Source: Tubulanus polymorphus (lineage: Eukaryota; Animalia; Nemertea). From it: DNA of 64,000 nt. Position numbers and translations under genes: made by a program. Below are positions 38,301 to 53,300 of the stretch, one piece after another. Every line of letters begins with the position of its first letter. Positions within the stretch are counted from its first letter, which is position 1. Location of the stretch: the NCBI RefSeq assembly GCF_964204645.1, contig NC_134033.1, positions 14,020,655-14,084,654 of the forward strand, given 5' to 3'. The notes below the pieces were generated by a model, which had not been told where the DNA came from, did not search any database, and saw only the letters and a program-made list of their open reading frames with translations.

Positions 38301-41300
38301 CACGGCGCGTAAATACTTCATGCCGATCGCCGACATCGTGCCGAAGTTCCTCGCCGGTCTCACCGACGAGGAGTTGAAAAAAGAGTCGAAAACCGAGGCG
38401 AAAAACGACGCGCTCTCCGGCATCATCAAAGCGTTGAAGAGTCTGGTGAACCGCGTCGCCGGTCAGGAGGAGATCATTAAGAAACTAGAGATATTCAGAT
38501 TGGAAATGATTCTCAGGTAGGTGTGAAACTAATTTTAATTATCTGCAGTATAATGGATATACAGTGCATAGAGGACATACTGCTATAATGCGTCTTCTCT
38601 GCTGTGCGATGTATAATGGATTTACCGTATACAGGGTTTACTCCGCAGTGCGGTGTATAATGGATTTACCGTATACAGGGTTTACTCCGCAGTGCGGTGT
38701 ATAATGGATGCACCGCTATACTGCGTCTGCTCCGCAATGCGGTGCATAGAGGACATACTGCTATAATGCGTCTTCTCTGCTGTGCGATGTATAATGGATT
38801 TACCGTATACAGGGTTTACTCCGCAGTGCGGTGTATAATGGATTTACCGTATACAGGGTTTACTCCGCAGTGCGGTGTATAATGGATTTACCGTATACAG
38901 GGTTTACTCCGCAGTGCGGTGTATAATGGATTTACCGTATACAGGGTTTACTCCGCAGTGCGGTGTATAATGGATTTACCGTATACAGGGTTTACTCCGC
39001 AGTGCGGTGTATAATGGATTTACCGTATACAGGGTTTACTCCGCAGTGCGGTGTATAATGGATTTACCGTATACAGGGTTTACTCCGCAGTACGGTGTAT
39101 AATGGATTTACCGTATACAGGGTTTACTCCGCCGTGCGGTGTATAATGGATGCACCGCTATACTGCGTCTGCTCCGCAATGCGGTGCATAGAGGACATAC
39201 TGCTATAATGCGTCTTCTCTGCTGTGCGATGTATAATGGATTTACCGTATACAGGGTTTACTCCGCAGTGCGGTGTATAATGGATGCACCGCTATACTGC
39301 GTCTGCTCCGCAATGCGGTGCATAGAGGACATACTGCTATAATGCGTCTTCTCTGCTGTGCGATGTATAATGAATGTACCGCTTTACTGGGTTTACCCCG
39401 CAGTGCGGTGCGTAGAGGACATACTGCTGTAGTACGTCAAATCTCTGGTGGTGGTAGGGTTTCTAGATTGAAGGTTCATCGCCTTTATCAAAATACCCTG
39501 AACCTGCTCGTAATAAATGTCCTAACTTGTGGTCACTCAGGGAGCGGGTTGAGGGATGAAAAAAGAGAAAAAAATTCCTGAGAAATTACCTTATAATTCT
39601 CCTTCATTCTTGGAGATTTATGGGAATTGTGAGTTAATGAAACAATTGTTTTGTGTTGTGCAGGTTATTACAGATATCGTCGTTTAATGGTAAAATGAAC
39701 GCGTTGAACGAAGTAAATAAAGTGATTACAGGCGTATCTATTTATACACATCGACATTCGCAGATTGAAGAGGATGAGTGGCTCACCGCTGAAAAAATGG
39801 CCGTAAGTCCGTTTCTGTCTCCTGTCTTCTCAAGGCAATTGAGAGAATAAGTATAGCAGGGGTCATATTGATTAAAGCATGTCTGCTGGCAAAAATTGTG
39901 AAGATTTTGAGAAATCTATGAAAAATTATGCCATTTACTGTCCAATTCAGAATTAATGCACAAGCTGTGTTGTCTTAATCTGTCCACATTGTGATCAGGA
40001 ACTGTTATAAGACCTTGTGAAAAAAATGTGGAAAATCCCATCGTTTTGTTGCTGTGAAAAATGTTAAAAAAGTGTATTGTGAGCATATGAGAAAGATTTC
40101 AGAGTTCGTCAAAATGTGGTTTATTTCAGGAATGGATCCAGCAGAACGGCGTTTTAGGAATCGTGCTCCGAGATAGTTTACATCAGCCGCAATACGTGGA
40201 AAAACTGGAGAAGATCATCCGATTCATGATCAAAGAGAAAGCGTTAACTTTACAGGATCTCGATCGCATCTGGGAGGCACAGGTAATGTCAGCGCGCAGG
40301 GTTCATACACGGTGGCCACTTTAGGAATCAGGGAAAAGTCGGGGGATATGTTGAGATTGCTAGATCTCGCGTAAAATCAAACAATCTCTATCAATGGTTT
40401 ACGTATGTGATGGGAATTTTAGGGAATAATCAAATCAAACGAAAGTGGCCACCCTGTCTGAGTTCGTTTTGAACTGGCTTTACTCTTGAAAAGCCAATTT
40501 CTGCTTTAATAAGATACCTAACAGTCAGTACCCACGCGGTTCCACAGTTCAGGGTTATAGATTCGAGAGCCACTGAGTCCATTTCTCTGAACCAGGACCG
40601 TGAAGCAAAAGATAAAAAATTGCTAGGCTAATATTGATCGTATTTAGACGCATTCAATGTAGGTGGTGACCATCTATTGTTGATTGAAAGGTCTATTTTT
40701 GACTGTGTATGACTATGTATTTTCAGTCTGGTAAACACGAAGCTATCGTGAAGAATGTTCACGATTTACTAGCGAAACTAGCGTGGGATTTTTCACCGGA
40801 GCAACTCGATCATCTGTTCGAATGTTTCCAGGTATGTAGATATTTCTTATTCTTCAATTCGGTCCCAAAATGATGGGAGTTGAAACTTTAAGCCCTAGTC
40901 TACTAAGATTCATTAAGCTACTTTATTCATACTTTAGTCTACTAAGATTCATTTAGCTACTTTATTCATACTTTAGTCTACTAAGATTCATTTAGCTACT
41001 TTATTCATACTTTAGTCTACTAAGATTCATTTAGCTACTTTATTCATACTTAAGTCTACTAAGATTCATTTAGCTACTTTATTCATACTTTAGTCTACTA
41101 AGATTCATTTAGCTACAGTCATTTTAAGCAATGAATTGAAGATGTGATTTTCAAGGTTTTAAATAGACTTTGGAAATGAAAAGGCAGCGGTAAAATTAGG
41201 ATGTGGCTGTCAAACATAAATTTTTCATTAATTGAACCCTCGATCTCTCGATCTGAATGTCTCGATCTGTTTTCAAAATTTTCTCACAGGGTTCCTAGCT

Positions 41301-44300
41301 ACGACTTTTAGATTCCTTTAGACTTTAATTGTAACGAACGATGATTTATGTTTTGTAGGGAAGTTGGACGCAAGCGAGTAAGAAACAACGCGAGAAACTT
41401 CTAGAATTGATTCGTCGTTTGGCCGAAGACGATAAAGAAGGCGTCATGGCTCACAAGGTTAGAGAATAAATCATGTAAATCTTTCTACAGGGCGACGCGA
41501 CTGACCTGGAAAACCTGGCTAACTCACGGAATCGGAAAAATCTAGAAAAAAATCAGGGAATTTTACGAAACACCGGGAAACTCAGAGAATTTGAATTTTG
41601 TTATTGACCACGTGTTTCTTTATCAATATGTGATGCAATGAAAAATGAATGAATTTTAAAATTTTAAACCTAGAAATTTCTCTGATTCGCTCGGGGAATT
41701 TTGTGTAATCACATGGATAAATCTAGGAAAACTCGAGGGGTTTGTAAATGGGCAGAAAGTGGCCACCCTGTTCTAGCATAATTCGTCCCAATTTTACCTG
41801 TGATAGTAACTAATACGTGATATGTAATGATTATTATTCGTAGGTGTTGGGTTTGTTATGGAATCTCGCGCACAGCGAAGACGTACCGACTGAGATTATG
41901 GATCAGGCGTTGACCGCTCACATCAAGATTCTCGACTACAGCTGTTCGCAGGACCGCGACGCGCAGAAAATACAGTGGATCAACCGATTCGTCGAGGAGC
42001 TGAAAAACGATAAATGGGTGCTGCCCGCTCTGAAACAGATACGCGAGATTTGTACCTTATTCAACGAGGTATGTGGAACTTGTCGGTTTATGGCCGTAAC
42101 TGTTGAATTCCTGGTTCGTGGGTATTAATCCTCGTCGGCGTTGTCCATGTGCTGGAGTTTTATAAAGGGGCTGCGTAAAGACTTAGTGGCTGCTGAAGGA
42201 GCAAGGCTTTCGATCCCTAAAAAATACAGGAAATTTAAGGTCAATTTTGATGTAATCATCTATTTATCACATTAGTTCATTATATTTCAAAGCAATCATC
42301 AGCGTTGATAGAATATTGACGTCCATTCTTTAAGGGACAGCAGATATTTTATAAATGGTGGATGTAACAATGAAAGGGGTTGCTGCCCTTCTAAAACCTG
42401 TTGTGGAGAAAAGTATCTTCTTTGCCCTTTCCCTTAGATTTTGAAAAGGAATCCTATAAAATGCTAAAAATGCCATGAGTGGCACTGGTGGAAGGGAACC
42501 TGCTTATAATGCCCTGAGTATTGTTCAACTGGTTGCAGCAAAAATACATAAAGAGTCCTCTTTATGTATTTTTGGTTGCAGGTATACAAGAAATTAGCAG
42601 GGGCCGGTTGCATAGTCATGGCTTAGACTTAAGACCAGTCTAAGACCAACTTTGTTCTATAGCTAATCTAACAATTTAAGACCAGTTTTAAGATTTAAGA
42701 CCACTTTTGGACTTAAGACACGACTGTGCAACTGGCCCCTGATCCTTTGTGATTTTATGCGAAATTTCAGTGTATTTGAATTGTTTTTTTTTCAGGCGCC
42801 TCAGAATTTCGCTCACGCTCAGCGAACGCCGCATGTTTACTACAGAAATCACGTGATTAATCAGTTACAGACGACTCATTCGATCGTGATGCTAGTCGCA
42901 CAAAATCTATCATCGTACATGATCAAAGCAGCTACTTATTCAAAAGGTAAAAGCTACGGATCTTTCATCTTTTCTAGTAAATGTTGGAAAAATCACTAGG
43001 AAATTTGATAGAAAATCTAGAGAAGACTCAGGGAATTTAACTCATCTTGCCAAACACCTTGAAAACTCAGGGAATCAGAGAATTCTGGAGAAAAATCATA
43101 GAAAACTCGTCAAATTTTGCCTAACACCTGGAAAACTCAAGCATATCGGATAAATAATGCTTTTGACCATACGTTTCTCATTAATATGTGATTTATAAAA
43201 AATTGATAGACCAAAATTGTAACATTTTAAACCAAGAAAGCCACAGATTCACTCAAGGAATTTTGTGTTAAAACATGATAAAACTCTGGAATTCATAGAA
43301 TTAAGTGAAAGTATGGAGGCTTTATGCGATTTAATGTTGTAAATATTTGGGCGCATTATTTTAATTGTGCGAATTATGCGTGTGTGTTATAGAAAATCCG
43401 GATGTGGATCCGTCTGTCATTTTCCACGACGGTCGTTTCAATCACATTCAACAAGTTCAAGAACGACTGAAGTTTCTACGATTTCTACTGAAAGACGGTC
43501 AATTGTGGCTGTGCGAACCGCAGGCTAACGAGGTACGTTGACTTCCAATAACACATTTGTGCATTTATTCACTGAATTCCTCTCATCGATCGCGTTGGAA
43601 ATGAGGTCTTTGAAATATGATCCATGATCCGTTGTTTTCAGTTATGGAATTGTTTGGCGAAGAATGCTATTTATATCACGGATCGAGAGGCGTGCTTTCG
43701 TTGGTTCTCAAAGGTACATGAAAATATGCATACCTTCCTTAAAACTGTACTTGATATGGCTGACTGGTGGCCATCTTAATTAAACTTGATTTTAAGCCCT
43801 GCAGGGATCAGAGGTCTAGCTTAGCCAGTAAAGTTTATGAAATGGGGCAGTTGTGAAAATCTTAGATGTATTCATTTATGTATGTACAGGTATATGATTG
43901 AAATGGCTGACTGGTAGCCATCTTTGTTAACCTAATTTTGCCAAAATGGCTGACTGGCAGCCATCTTTGTAAAGCTAATTTTTAGCCCTGCATAATCAGA
44001 GGCCGGAAAATTTTAGACGTATTTATTTTCGTCGAATAGCTGATGGGAGAAGAGCCGGACTTGGATCCGGATATCACGAAAGAATTCTTCGAGAACAACC
44101 TGTTACAACTCGACCCGACGTTGCTCACCGAAAACGGTATGACCTGCTTCGAGCGGTTCTTCAAAGCGGTGAACTCGAAGGAGGGTAAGCTGCGCGCGAA
44201 ACGACGCGGCGGCTACATGATGGACGACCTCGAGTTGATCGGTTTGGATTATTTGTGGCGCGTCGTCCTGTGGAGTCCGGACGACGTCGCTGATAAAGCG

Positions 44301-47300
44301 ATCATGTTGCTGAAAGATATCTACACGAATCTGGGTCCGCGTCTGCAATCGAGTCAGGTTAGTTACCAGATAATTTCTCGTACTTTCTGAAAGCGGCATT
44401 AAATACTAGATGGGGTTGGATTTTAAGGGTGTTTTCTAGAGTGGCCACTGAACTGAAAATATCTGGAACACTCTGGAAATTAGAAATATGTAGAAAAATG
44501 AAAGGGAAAACTCCTTTGATACGTTATTGATTACGTGGTTTGTTATCAATACGTGATTCGTAAGAAAATGAATAAATTGTAACATTTCAAACCGAGAAAT
44601 CCCCTCCGATTCATCAGGGAATCTTGTGTTATATATAACATGGAAAACTCAAGGAATTTTTAAATCGCTGGAAAGTGGCCGCCCAGTTTTCTGATATGGA
44701 TGATAATACAGGGTTGCTGATTTAGATTTCCTGTAAAACTTAGGACACTCAGGGAATCTGAAAAAAATCAGGGAAAACTCAGCGAATTTGAAAAATGTTG
44801 GTAAAAATCTAGAAAACTCTGGAAATTCTGATTTGCTATTGACCACATGTCTCAACTTAAGCCAAAGTTTGCCTGTTGATTGCACCTCGCACACAGTTTA
44901 AACCCATTCAGAGGTCGCCTCATTTAAACAGTTTTCAATGATTTGCACAGGTCGACATACACATAGATTTCATCCAGTCGTGCGTCGATCGTTTGAAAGC
45001 GTCGTACGACACGATCTCCGTTCTGGAGAAAGATAAAGACAGTTTAAATCGCGTACATCAAGAGACGTGTCGTATGATCAGAGTGATGACCGTATTACGC
45101 GAGTATATGGCTGAATGTGATGATACTTATGGGGAGGAACGTGCAATATTACCACTCGGCAGGTGCGTACTCTTACTATTACATATACGGCTAGAGAAAT
45201 TACCCTTTTACGATGTCAAATACTTACCTGTAATTGAAAGTCCTTTGCTCGACGAGATTTTGATATCAAAAGTGGGAAAACAATTTTTCGCCAGTTTTTG
45301 AGGTGTACCAGTGGTTTGAATATTTCACATCAATAAAAAATTTCCAGAAAAAGATTTAGAGAGATTTAGAGAAAACCTTTCTCGACAAAAAGTTGAATTT
45401 TTGTAAAATGTTTTTGGGACAGTTTTGAATGATAGGAGAATATTCTGACATTTAGGAAAAAATGTAGATTAAATTTTGAAGTAAGGAAATAAATGATTGG
45501 AATCTTTAAAAAAATCATATGGGCAATTTTAAAAAATATTCGGAAAATCCGACTTAACCTATCCTAAAAAAATACCACTTGAACTCTACCTTTGAAAACA
45601 TTGTTAAAAATACAGCTTCAGGATTTGTTTTTCTGACTGATTTTTGTATTTTTCAGAGCTTGTCGAGGTAAACATTTGACATTATTGGTGAGATTTCCGA
45701 ATCAGGGACGTCAAGTAGAAGATATCGACGTCTGGTCGCATACTAACGATACGATAGGATCAGTTCGGCGTCATATATTACACAGGTCAGAAACACTCCG
45801 CGGATTACATCTTCAGTTGTTGAGTGGTTCTTATTGCCACCCCCAGGGGTCAGATTGATGTGAAAATTGTGATAAATGGGTATCTGGTAAAAAAAAATTT
45901 GAAAGAAAAAGAAAAGTGTTTTTGTCAAGATATTTTGACCTCTTTCTATGCCACATGGAGCTCAGAATTTATGCATAAGATGTGAGATTCAACAAGAAAA
46001 TTGCATCTTAAAACGTCCATTTGTTCCTCAACTTGTGGAAAGAATGTGAAAAATCATGAAAACGTATGAAAAATTCTAGAAAAGTTTTTTGTCAAGATAT
46101 TAAGATGCCCTTTCTATGCCATATAGCGTTGAGCTCAGAATTTATGCAAAAGATGTGGGGCCAGTTGCTCAAAAGTTGGTTACAGTTAACCAGTGGAGTG
46201 TTGAGATAGTGACAGTTGAAATATCATTGTTGCTATGGTATTTATCCGCCGGTTATCTTTAACCAACTTTCGAGCAACTGGCCCCTGATATTCAACAAGA
46301 AATTGCATTTTGAAACATCCAGATTGCGATTGTGTTTTTGTCCTTTGACTTGATAAAATGTGAAAATGTGGAAGTTAAATACACCCGCTATGAAAAATGT
46401 GCAAAAACGCCAATTGTAAGGATCTGAACGAAATGTTAAAATCATCAATCTGGCCCTTTCTTGCAATCCCTTTTGTGGATGGTTGGCTACGCAATTAAAA
46501 AGAGAGGATTAAAGAATTTATATTTTGATCGTTATTTTCAGGGTGAAACCGAACAATAGTAATTTAAAAGTGGATTTATACGTGAACGGAGATATTCTCG
46601 ATCAGAACGACGATAAGAGGCTTATCTCACAGGTTCCTATTCGTGATAAAACGGTAAGTCGTACTCTCCTGTCTTATCCCCATATCACGTGGTTCCCACA
46701 GTACTGGCAAATCAGAAAATTTTCTTCACTCCGGGATAATATTTGGGAAATTTTGAATTTATGTAGCATTTGCCAGGGGGAAACTTTCTTCAGCAAACTT
46801 TCTTCCAAATCACCTTCTACAATCACTAACTTAGACATTTTTGTAGTATGATTATATCTGTTCATTTTTACGATTTTTTGTGAAATTTGAAAAATCTCCA
46901 CTTTGGAAAAATGTAGGAATTCGTGTAACTGCGGGAACCATGATATATGAACCACGCTTTGATATGTTTGGCGAAAGTAAATGCATTCTCACTCGGTTAA
47001 AAATCGTTAATTTTCCTCTGACGTTCTTCGAATTGTAGTTGATCTCAGCGAAGTTATGTCAGATCGGTAGTAACATGCCTTCTAGTCCAGACAGTAGTTC
47101 AGATAGTTCTGCTGGTTCACCTCATCATCCGTACGATGGACCAAATATCGAGGCAGAAAATTGCCTCCCCGGGGTGGTAAGTAAACCCATCCGAACGCGG
47201 CATCGAAGTTGTCTTCGATTTGCGGAAATGAATATCGAATTTTTTCTTCGGTTTCAGCTTATGTCCAACAATGCCAAATACGCACAATTTCTGCACCAAC

Positions 47301-50300
47301 TCGCTGATTTAGGAACGCAGCTTAGCGTGCCGAAATTACGCGATTCAGCGCGGGCCATTTTAAAACTCATGCCTGCAGGTACGTACATACACTTGGATTG
47401 ACAAATGAAAATTTCATTTCAAAAATCTTGTAGTCACGGAAATTATTTTTAAGCTCAGTTTATTGACCACTATTAATAAAGGCATTTTTTCTTTTTGATA
47501 GATAAACAAGTGCAGAAGGATTTGTGTGATATTTGTTCGAAACGAGGAGATTTAGAAACGATATTTTTTTCATCGGCTGTGTCGTCTGTCGTTTATAATC
47601 TAGAGGTACGTGTCACCTTTCTGCGTCCCCTTTTGTTACTGTCACTTGCTTTCAGTCCATAGTTGCATCTGCTGGACGTAGTACACAGTTTTTGCATCCT
47701 TGATTGCATCTGTTGGATTTAGTACAGACTCTTTCAGTCTCCTTTTCCGTCGGCTAGATTTAGAAATAACTCTTACAGTCCTGCTAGATAAAGTAAAGAC
47801 TCTTACAGTCCTGTATTGCCTCTGCTAGATAAAGTAAAGACTCTTACAGTCCTGTATTGCGTCTGCTAGATATAGGAAAGACTTACAGTCCTGTATTGCC
47901 TCTGCTAGATAAAGTAAAGACTCTTACAGTCCTGTATTGCCTCTGCTAGATAATGTAAAGACTCTTACAGTCCTGTATTGCATCTGCTAGATATAGGAAA
48001 GACTCTTACAGTCTCTGTTGCGTCTGGTGGACTCCGTTCAGATTGATTCATGAAGGCACTGCTCGAATGATCGAGTTTTCTCGTGTTTCAGGTGACGTAT
48101 GCGTTGTTGATGCCGTCGTTGGACCCGTCTTCGGAAGAAGCGTTCGAATTTCAAATGAACTTCATCAAAAACGGCGGCGTTCAACTCGTACTTAACATGC
48201 TGACGAAAAACAACTTTCTTTCAAACGCGGATCTGACGTTAAAAAGGTAAATCAGCGATACACAATACATTCATTCTCGATGAAATGAACAAATCTGATC
48301 CATCTTCATGCCGGTTCATCCATATAACCGTAGAGGAAAGCATTAGATAAATTTCAATCTGTCCAGTTTATGATCAGTAACTGCTTATGTAATTGTACCT
48401 TGAAAAAATGTGAAAATGTTGGTTCTTTATTTGTGCAAAAATGTGAAAATTCCATTCAGAGTTCATCAATTTGACTCCTGAACTTGTAATTTATACCTCA
48501 TAATTCTCAAATGGCTTCAAATAAAAAGTCTCGCGTTTGTCTTTGTTTTCAGGGCCGCGTATCTTGTGATATTAAAAATCGCCAAATTGCTTTTGGCGAC
48601 GGTCGGCCACGCGATGGTGCAAGTCGTCGCCAACGCTTGCCATTCGGATTCGTCGACGCCCCCTATTAGCGCCAGCACGCACAATCACGCGGTCGTTCTA
48701 CAGCAGGCGTTGCAGCATATTCCCAATCCGAACGCCGAGTGTATGATGAGAAACGTCGCCGCTCGACTCGGTCAACAACTCGGCGAAAAGGTCAGTATAG
48801 AAAATACGAAATTCTTGGGGCGAATTTGAATTGTCCTTAGATTGATTTTGAAATTTATTCCCTTTTTGAAAAATTTTCCCAAAAATTTTTTTGAATTCTA
48901 ATTTGAAAAATTTTAACATCTTATGTTCTGGATTTGAATCATCCAACAAAAAGGATTTTGAAATTTCAATTTGAAGATTTTTTTTCAAAATTTTAAGTCA
49001 AATTTTTGAAAAATCCTCCAAAAAAGATTTCAAATGATTTTGAAATGGTCAATTACTCTTGATAAATCATCCATTAAGATATATTTTTTTGAATTAGAAA
49101 TTTGATTAAAAGATTTTCTTCAATTAAAAATTTTCTTGTTACAGGCGACCGGGGTCGTACCAGATATAAACGTGGTAAAATCGATACAGAAAATAGCGTG
49201 GGCGTCTGCTAGCGGAAATCTGCAATCAGTTCATCTTTCAAACGACGATTTACATAAACTTCACGAAAAGGTCAGTAAAATCATGGTCTAAGAACAAAAG
49301 AAACTGGTATTAAACATATTGTATAGTCGTATCTGTGGCTTAACTTTGATGTGCTGAAAATTTCGAGTACCGGTACGAACCGCTGGCTTTTTTCGGAGTC
49401 TCAGAAACTGTTCATTTCTTCATTTTCAGTGTAACAATATAAATAAGCAGCCGGATTCTGAAGATATCAGCGTTTGTCGGGAATCATTAGAAGTTTTGAC
49501 GATTTGTTTAGCTTTGTGTCCGTCTGCTCTGGAGGCTCTCAACAAAGCCTGGCAGTGTTTCATCATTGATCTCATTTTACTCACTAAAAGTCGGTAAGTA
49601 ACGATATAGAGACATTTCTTCGTCGAAAAGATGGCGGCTGCCTTCATGAAATCCACCTATTAATTCGAATTCAGACTGCGTTCTTTGGTTCTTCTCGGCG
49701 AAAATTGGAAGCAAGGGAGCTTAATGAATCAGTAGATCACAATATCCGTGATGAAATGATAAACGTAGAATCCCACACTCGGTTAACCTACTATTAGCAC
49801 TACAAGGGCAGTTCTAAGGGAAGGTGCAGGGGGTGCACACTTCTTGAAATATTATTTTGCACCCATTCTTGAATCAGACCTAGATCCACCCCTGTACTGC
49901 TTGTCTTGCGTGTTTCTTGATTTTAACTCGAATCTGTGGAATGGCCAGAACTGGTAATCTGGGTCCGGATGGCCTGAGTGAATATTAATATTTAGTTTCG
50001 TTTTTACGTTGACACAGAGCTGTACGAGCGTGTGCGTCTGAACAGTTTTTACTGATGTCTACGAGATGTACCGCTGGAGGTCGGCCACTTATTTACTTCA
50101 TTACTCTTCTATTCACCGTGCTAGACGTAAGTCAATCACTTACTTATTCCTCTTATTTCAGGAGATAAAACGTGAATATTGTACGATATTCTGTTAGAAA
50201 ATGTATGTTTAGGGTCTTAACGTAATGAGGACCCTTCCTCGAATTTTGAAATTCTCTCCTTGAAAACTTCTGAAATGACCAATCCGTAGGGATCCTGTCA

Positions 50301-53300
50301 AACGTAGAAACTTGTAGGTTTTCTGTGAGCTTTTCATCTGTACGTTTTTATTTGTTTGTTTCAGTCGACGTGTAAAGAACAAGCGAAGCAGTCTCACGAG
50401 TATTTTATATTGTTATGTCGTCTGTTGAATTTTGCGTGTAACAGTCAAACCGGAATGCTGAACGCGGAGACGTTGCTGAACACCGAGATTCTCTGGCTCA
50501 AACGAATTCGGGTGAGTTTCATTCTTAGATAGTAACATATTCTTCAAAATTGCAGCGTTTGAATTGCAATCTATTCAGGCACAAAAAGTTGATATCCACG
50601 AATATGTTGACAAGTAAGAGTCAATGTGCATGAATGTACAAACTTGTGTTCATCTTAAGCCTGACTAGCTGTGCTCAAAGAGGGGATGTATCTTACTGTG
50701 AATACCGGTAGTAGAATAGCCTCACTCTAATGTGGAGAATAGATTATACGATTAAAAAACCCACTGAATGAATTTAAAACTAAAAGCTAAGGACAAAACG
50801 TTTTAAAGTCTCAGGTATGTAGGGATAACAGATTATGTAAATTTTGAAGAAGGGTCTTTTTGTACTCATGTATATGGTATGAGTGCAGGGGTAATGAAAG
50901 CAGAGAAACGATAGCAGACAGGAGGGAGAGGATCGAGGGGATGGGATTGTGATAGTGAAGACGAGGGAAGGGAGAGGAATACAGGTAGACATAAGGGAGT
51001 AGATGGAGGGGAGGCAGGAGTGGGGGAGGAGAGGGGCAGGAGTGGGGAAAGACAGACGGGGAGAAAGAGATTGAATGTGGAATCAGGGATAGAGAGAGAA
51101 GCGTCAAGCTTGAATATTTGTTGTAGAAAAACTACTACAAAATCCAGTCATCATCTAATAACTGTTTGATTACAGGAGAAGTCGATTGAATCGGGAGATT
51201 TAGATTGCGAGGAGGCGTTGCTGGAAGGACACCTCGGCGTTACGCGCGAACTGCTCGCTTTCCAGAGCGCCGATAAAAAATATCTGATCGGGTCCGAGAA
51301 CGGAGGATCTAATCTCATCAAGGTAAAAACGCTCGTGGATTTTTTAAATTATCGCGAAATCGCAGAAAAACTTCTGAGATATCAATTGCTCGCCAGAGGG
51401 GAACTTTCTTGAAAATCTCCTTTACCAACCTGTCACCACGAAAATCTCGACGTCCCCATAGTATGATGGTGGTACCAGTGAATTTCCAGTGGAAATTCGA
51501 AAATCACTGAAAAATCACCCATGAAATACTTTGAAAAAACTTGGGAATTCTGAATTCATGTTTACGTTGTAACAACGTGCGCTGCTTCCATCACCCGATT
51601 TACGATACCTTCGTAATAATGCGTTTCCTCCTTTCGTTTCAGGAGCTTGTTGAGGATTTTATTTTCCCGTCGTCGAAGATCGTGATGCTGTGCCGTAAAA
51701 TGAACGGAGGTGACTTGCCGCCGTCCGATAACTCGTTACCGATCTGCTGTACGCCGTTAACGCTGATCGCCGCGTACGACCTATTGGTGGCGCTGTGTAC
51801 CGGCTGCGTGCCGAATCTGAAGTTACTCAGCGAGATGATCATGGATATGTACTACACAGGTTCGTGTCACATCAGCTATCCGACCACTTCCAATCAGGGA
51901 CAACTCGGATCAAAAGTTTATTTTCGATTAACTCTCATCTAGATTTTTAACCTTCTGCATCAAAAATAAGGCTAAATCAGGGTGGCCACTGACCGGGACG
52001 ATCTAGAAAACTCAGGAAATGAGGAAAACCTAGAAAAATCAGGGTAAACTTGGAGAATTTTACGAATTTTAGCAAAGCCTTGAAGACTCCAGGAATCTGA
52101 CAAATATTGTTAGGAACCTAGAAAACCGGGGAATTCTAATACGTGTATTATTGACCTAGTGTTTGTTTCTTAATATGTGGTTCGTGAAAAAAATGATTGA
52201 ATTGTCACATTTTGGACCAAGATTTTTTCCTGGCATTTTGTGTTATAACATGGAAAAATCAGGAAATCTACAGGCATCTCTGTAGATCATCCCTTGCCTT
52301 TGTATGTGGGAGTGATTTTCTTTTTTCGGATTCATTAATTGTGTGTGAATTCTCTTTTCAGGTAATGAGTATAATCTGACTGAATGGGAGTATCTTCCTC
52401 CAGTCGGACCACGACCGCCGAAAGGTTTCGTCGGTTTGAAGAATGCCGGCGCCACCTGCTACATGAACTCGGTACTACAGCAGTTGTTCATGATCGAGCC
52501 GATACGGTCAGCGATTCTGTCGATAGAGGGCGCCGCTGATGACATAGAGGAGGACGAGGATGACAAACCAGAGAATGAGGTACGTCTGGGTGTCATCGCG
52601 ATAACCCGCCATCTGGTGGTAGTCGTTACGACAACATCTTTGAATTTTTGGTATCTTGTTCTTGCTAGCAATAAGTGACACGAGGAACCTCTTGATAAGA
52701 AACAACCCCCACTGAGGATATCTTATGATTTAATCAGGGAATTTTAGGTCAAGGGTCTGGGAAATATCACAATTTTGATTTCCCTGATCTGGAGAACCTT
52801 GAGGCCAGTTCCATAGTCGAGACTTAAGTCTAAAAGTGGTTTTAAATCTCAAGATTAGTCTTAAGTTGTTTGGCGAGATGTTTTATAACTGGTCTTTAGT
52901 CTAAACCATGACTAAGGAACCTGCCCCTCAGTCTTACATCAAAGATTACCGTAGTCATAGAATTGACCCCTATTTGGGACTCAACGTTTCCATGTGTTTA
53001 TTCATTCTAGGTGACGTCTGGTGATGTAAATGAAGAGGAAAGGAAGGATGATGAGAAACCGGAGGAAACGAGGAATGATTATAATATCGGCGTTTTGAAA
53101 CATATCCAAATGATATTCGGGCATTTACAAGCGAGCAAATTACAATATTACGTTCCGAAAGGGTTTTGGAAACATTTCAAGTAAGTTCATTTCACTACGT
53201 ATTCTAGTCAGATAAAAGCGGCCACCCTGTCACACCATGAGGTGTAGACGGTCGTGACTTGGTAATTTTGTAAACGCGAATAAAGGGATGGCTCGTGGAA

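Noticed and set aside
38566-39434. CRISPR-like array
   Set aside because: The units are contiguous tandem monomers with no unique spacers, there are no cas genes, and the context is a eukaryotic intron.
38697-39581. Repeated MYNGCTAIL ORFs
   Set aside because: Translations of the minisatellite inside a USP9X intron; the gene's exon phases close without them.
50870-51110. Purine-rich tract and its antisense ORFs
   Set aside because: Low-complexity GA-rich intronic sequence with no coding signal.
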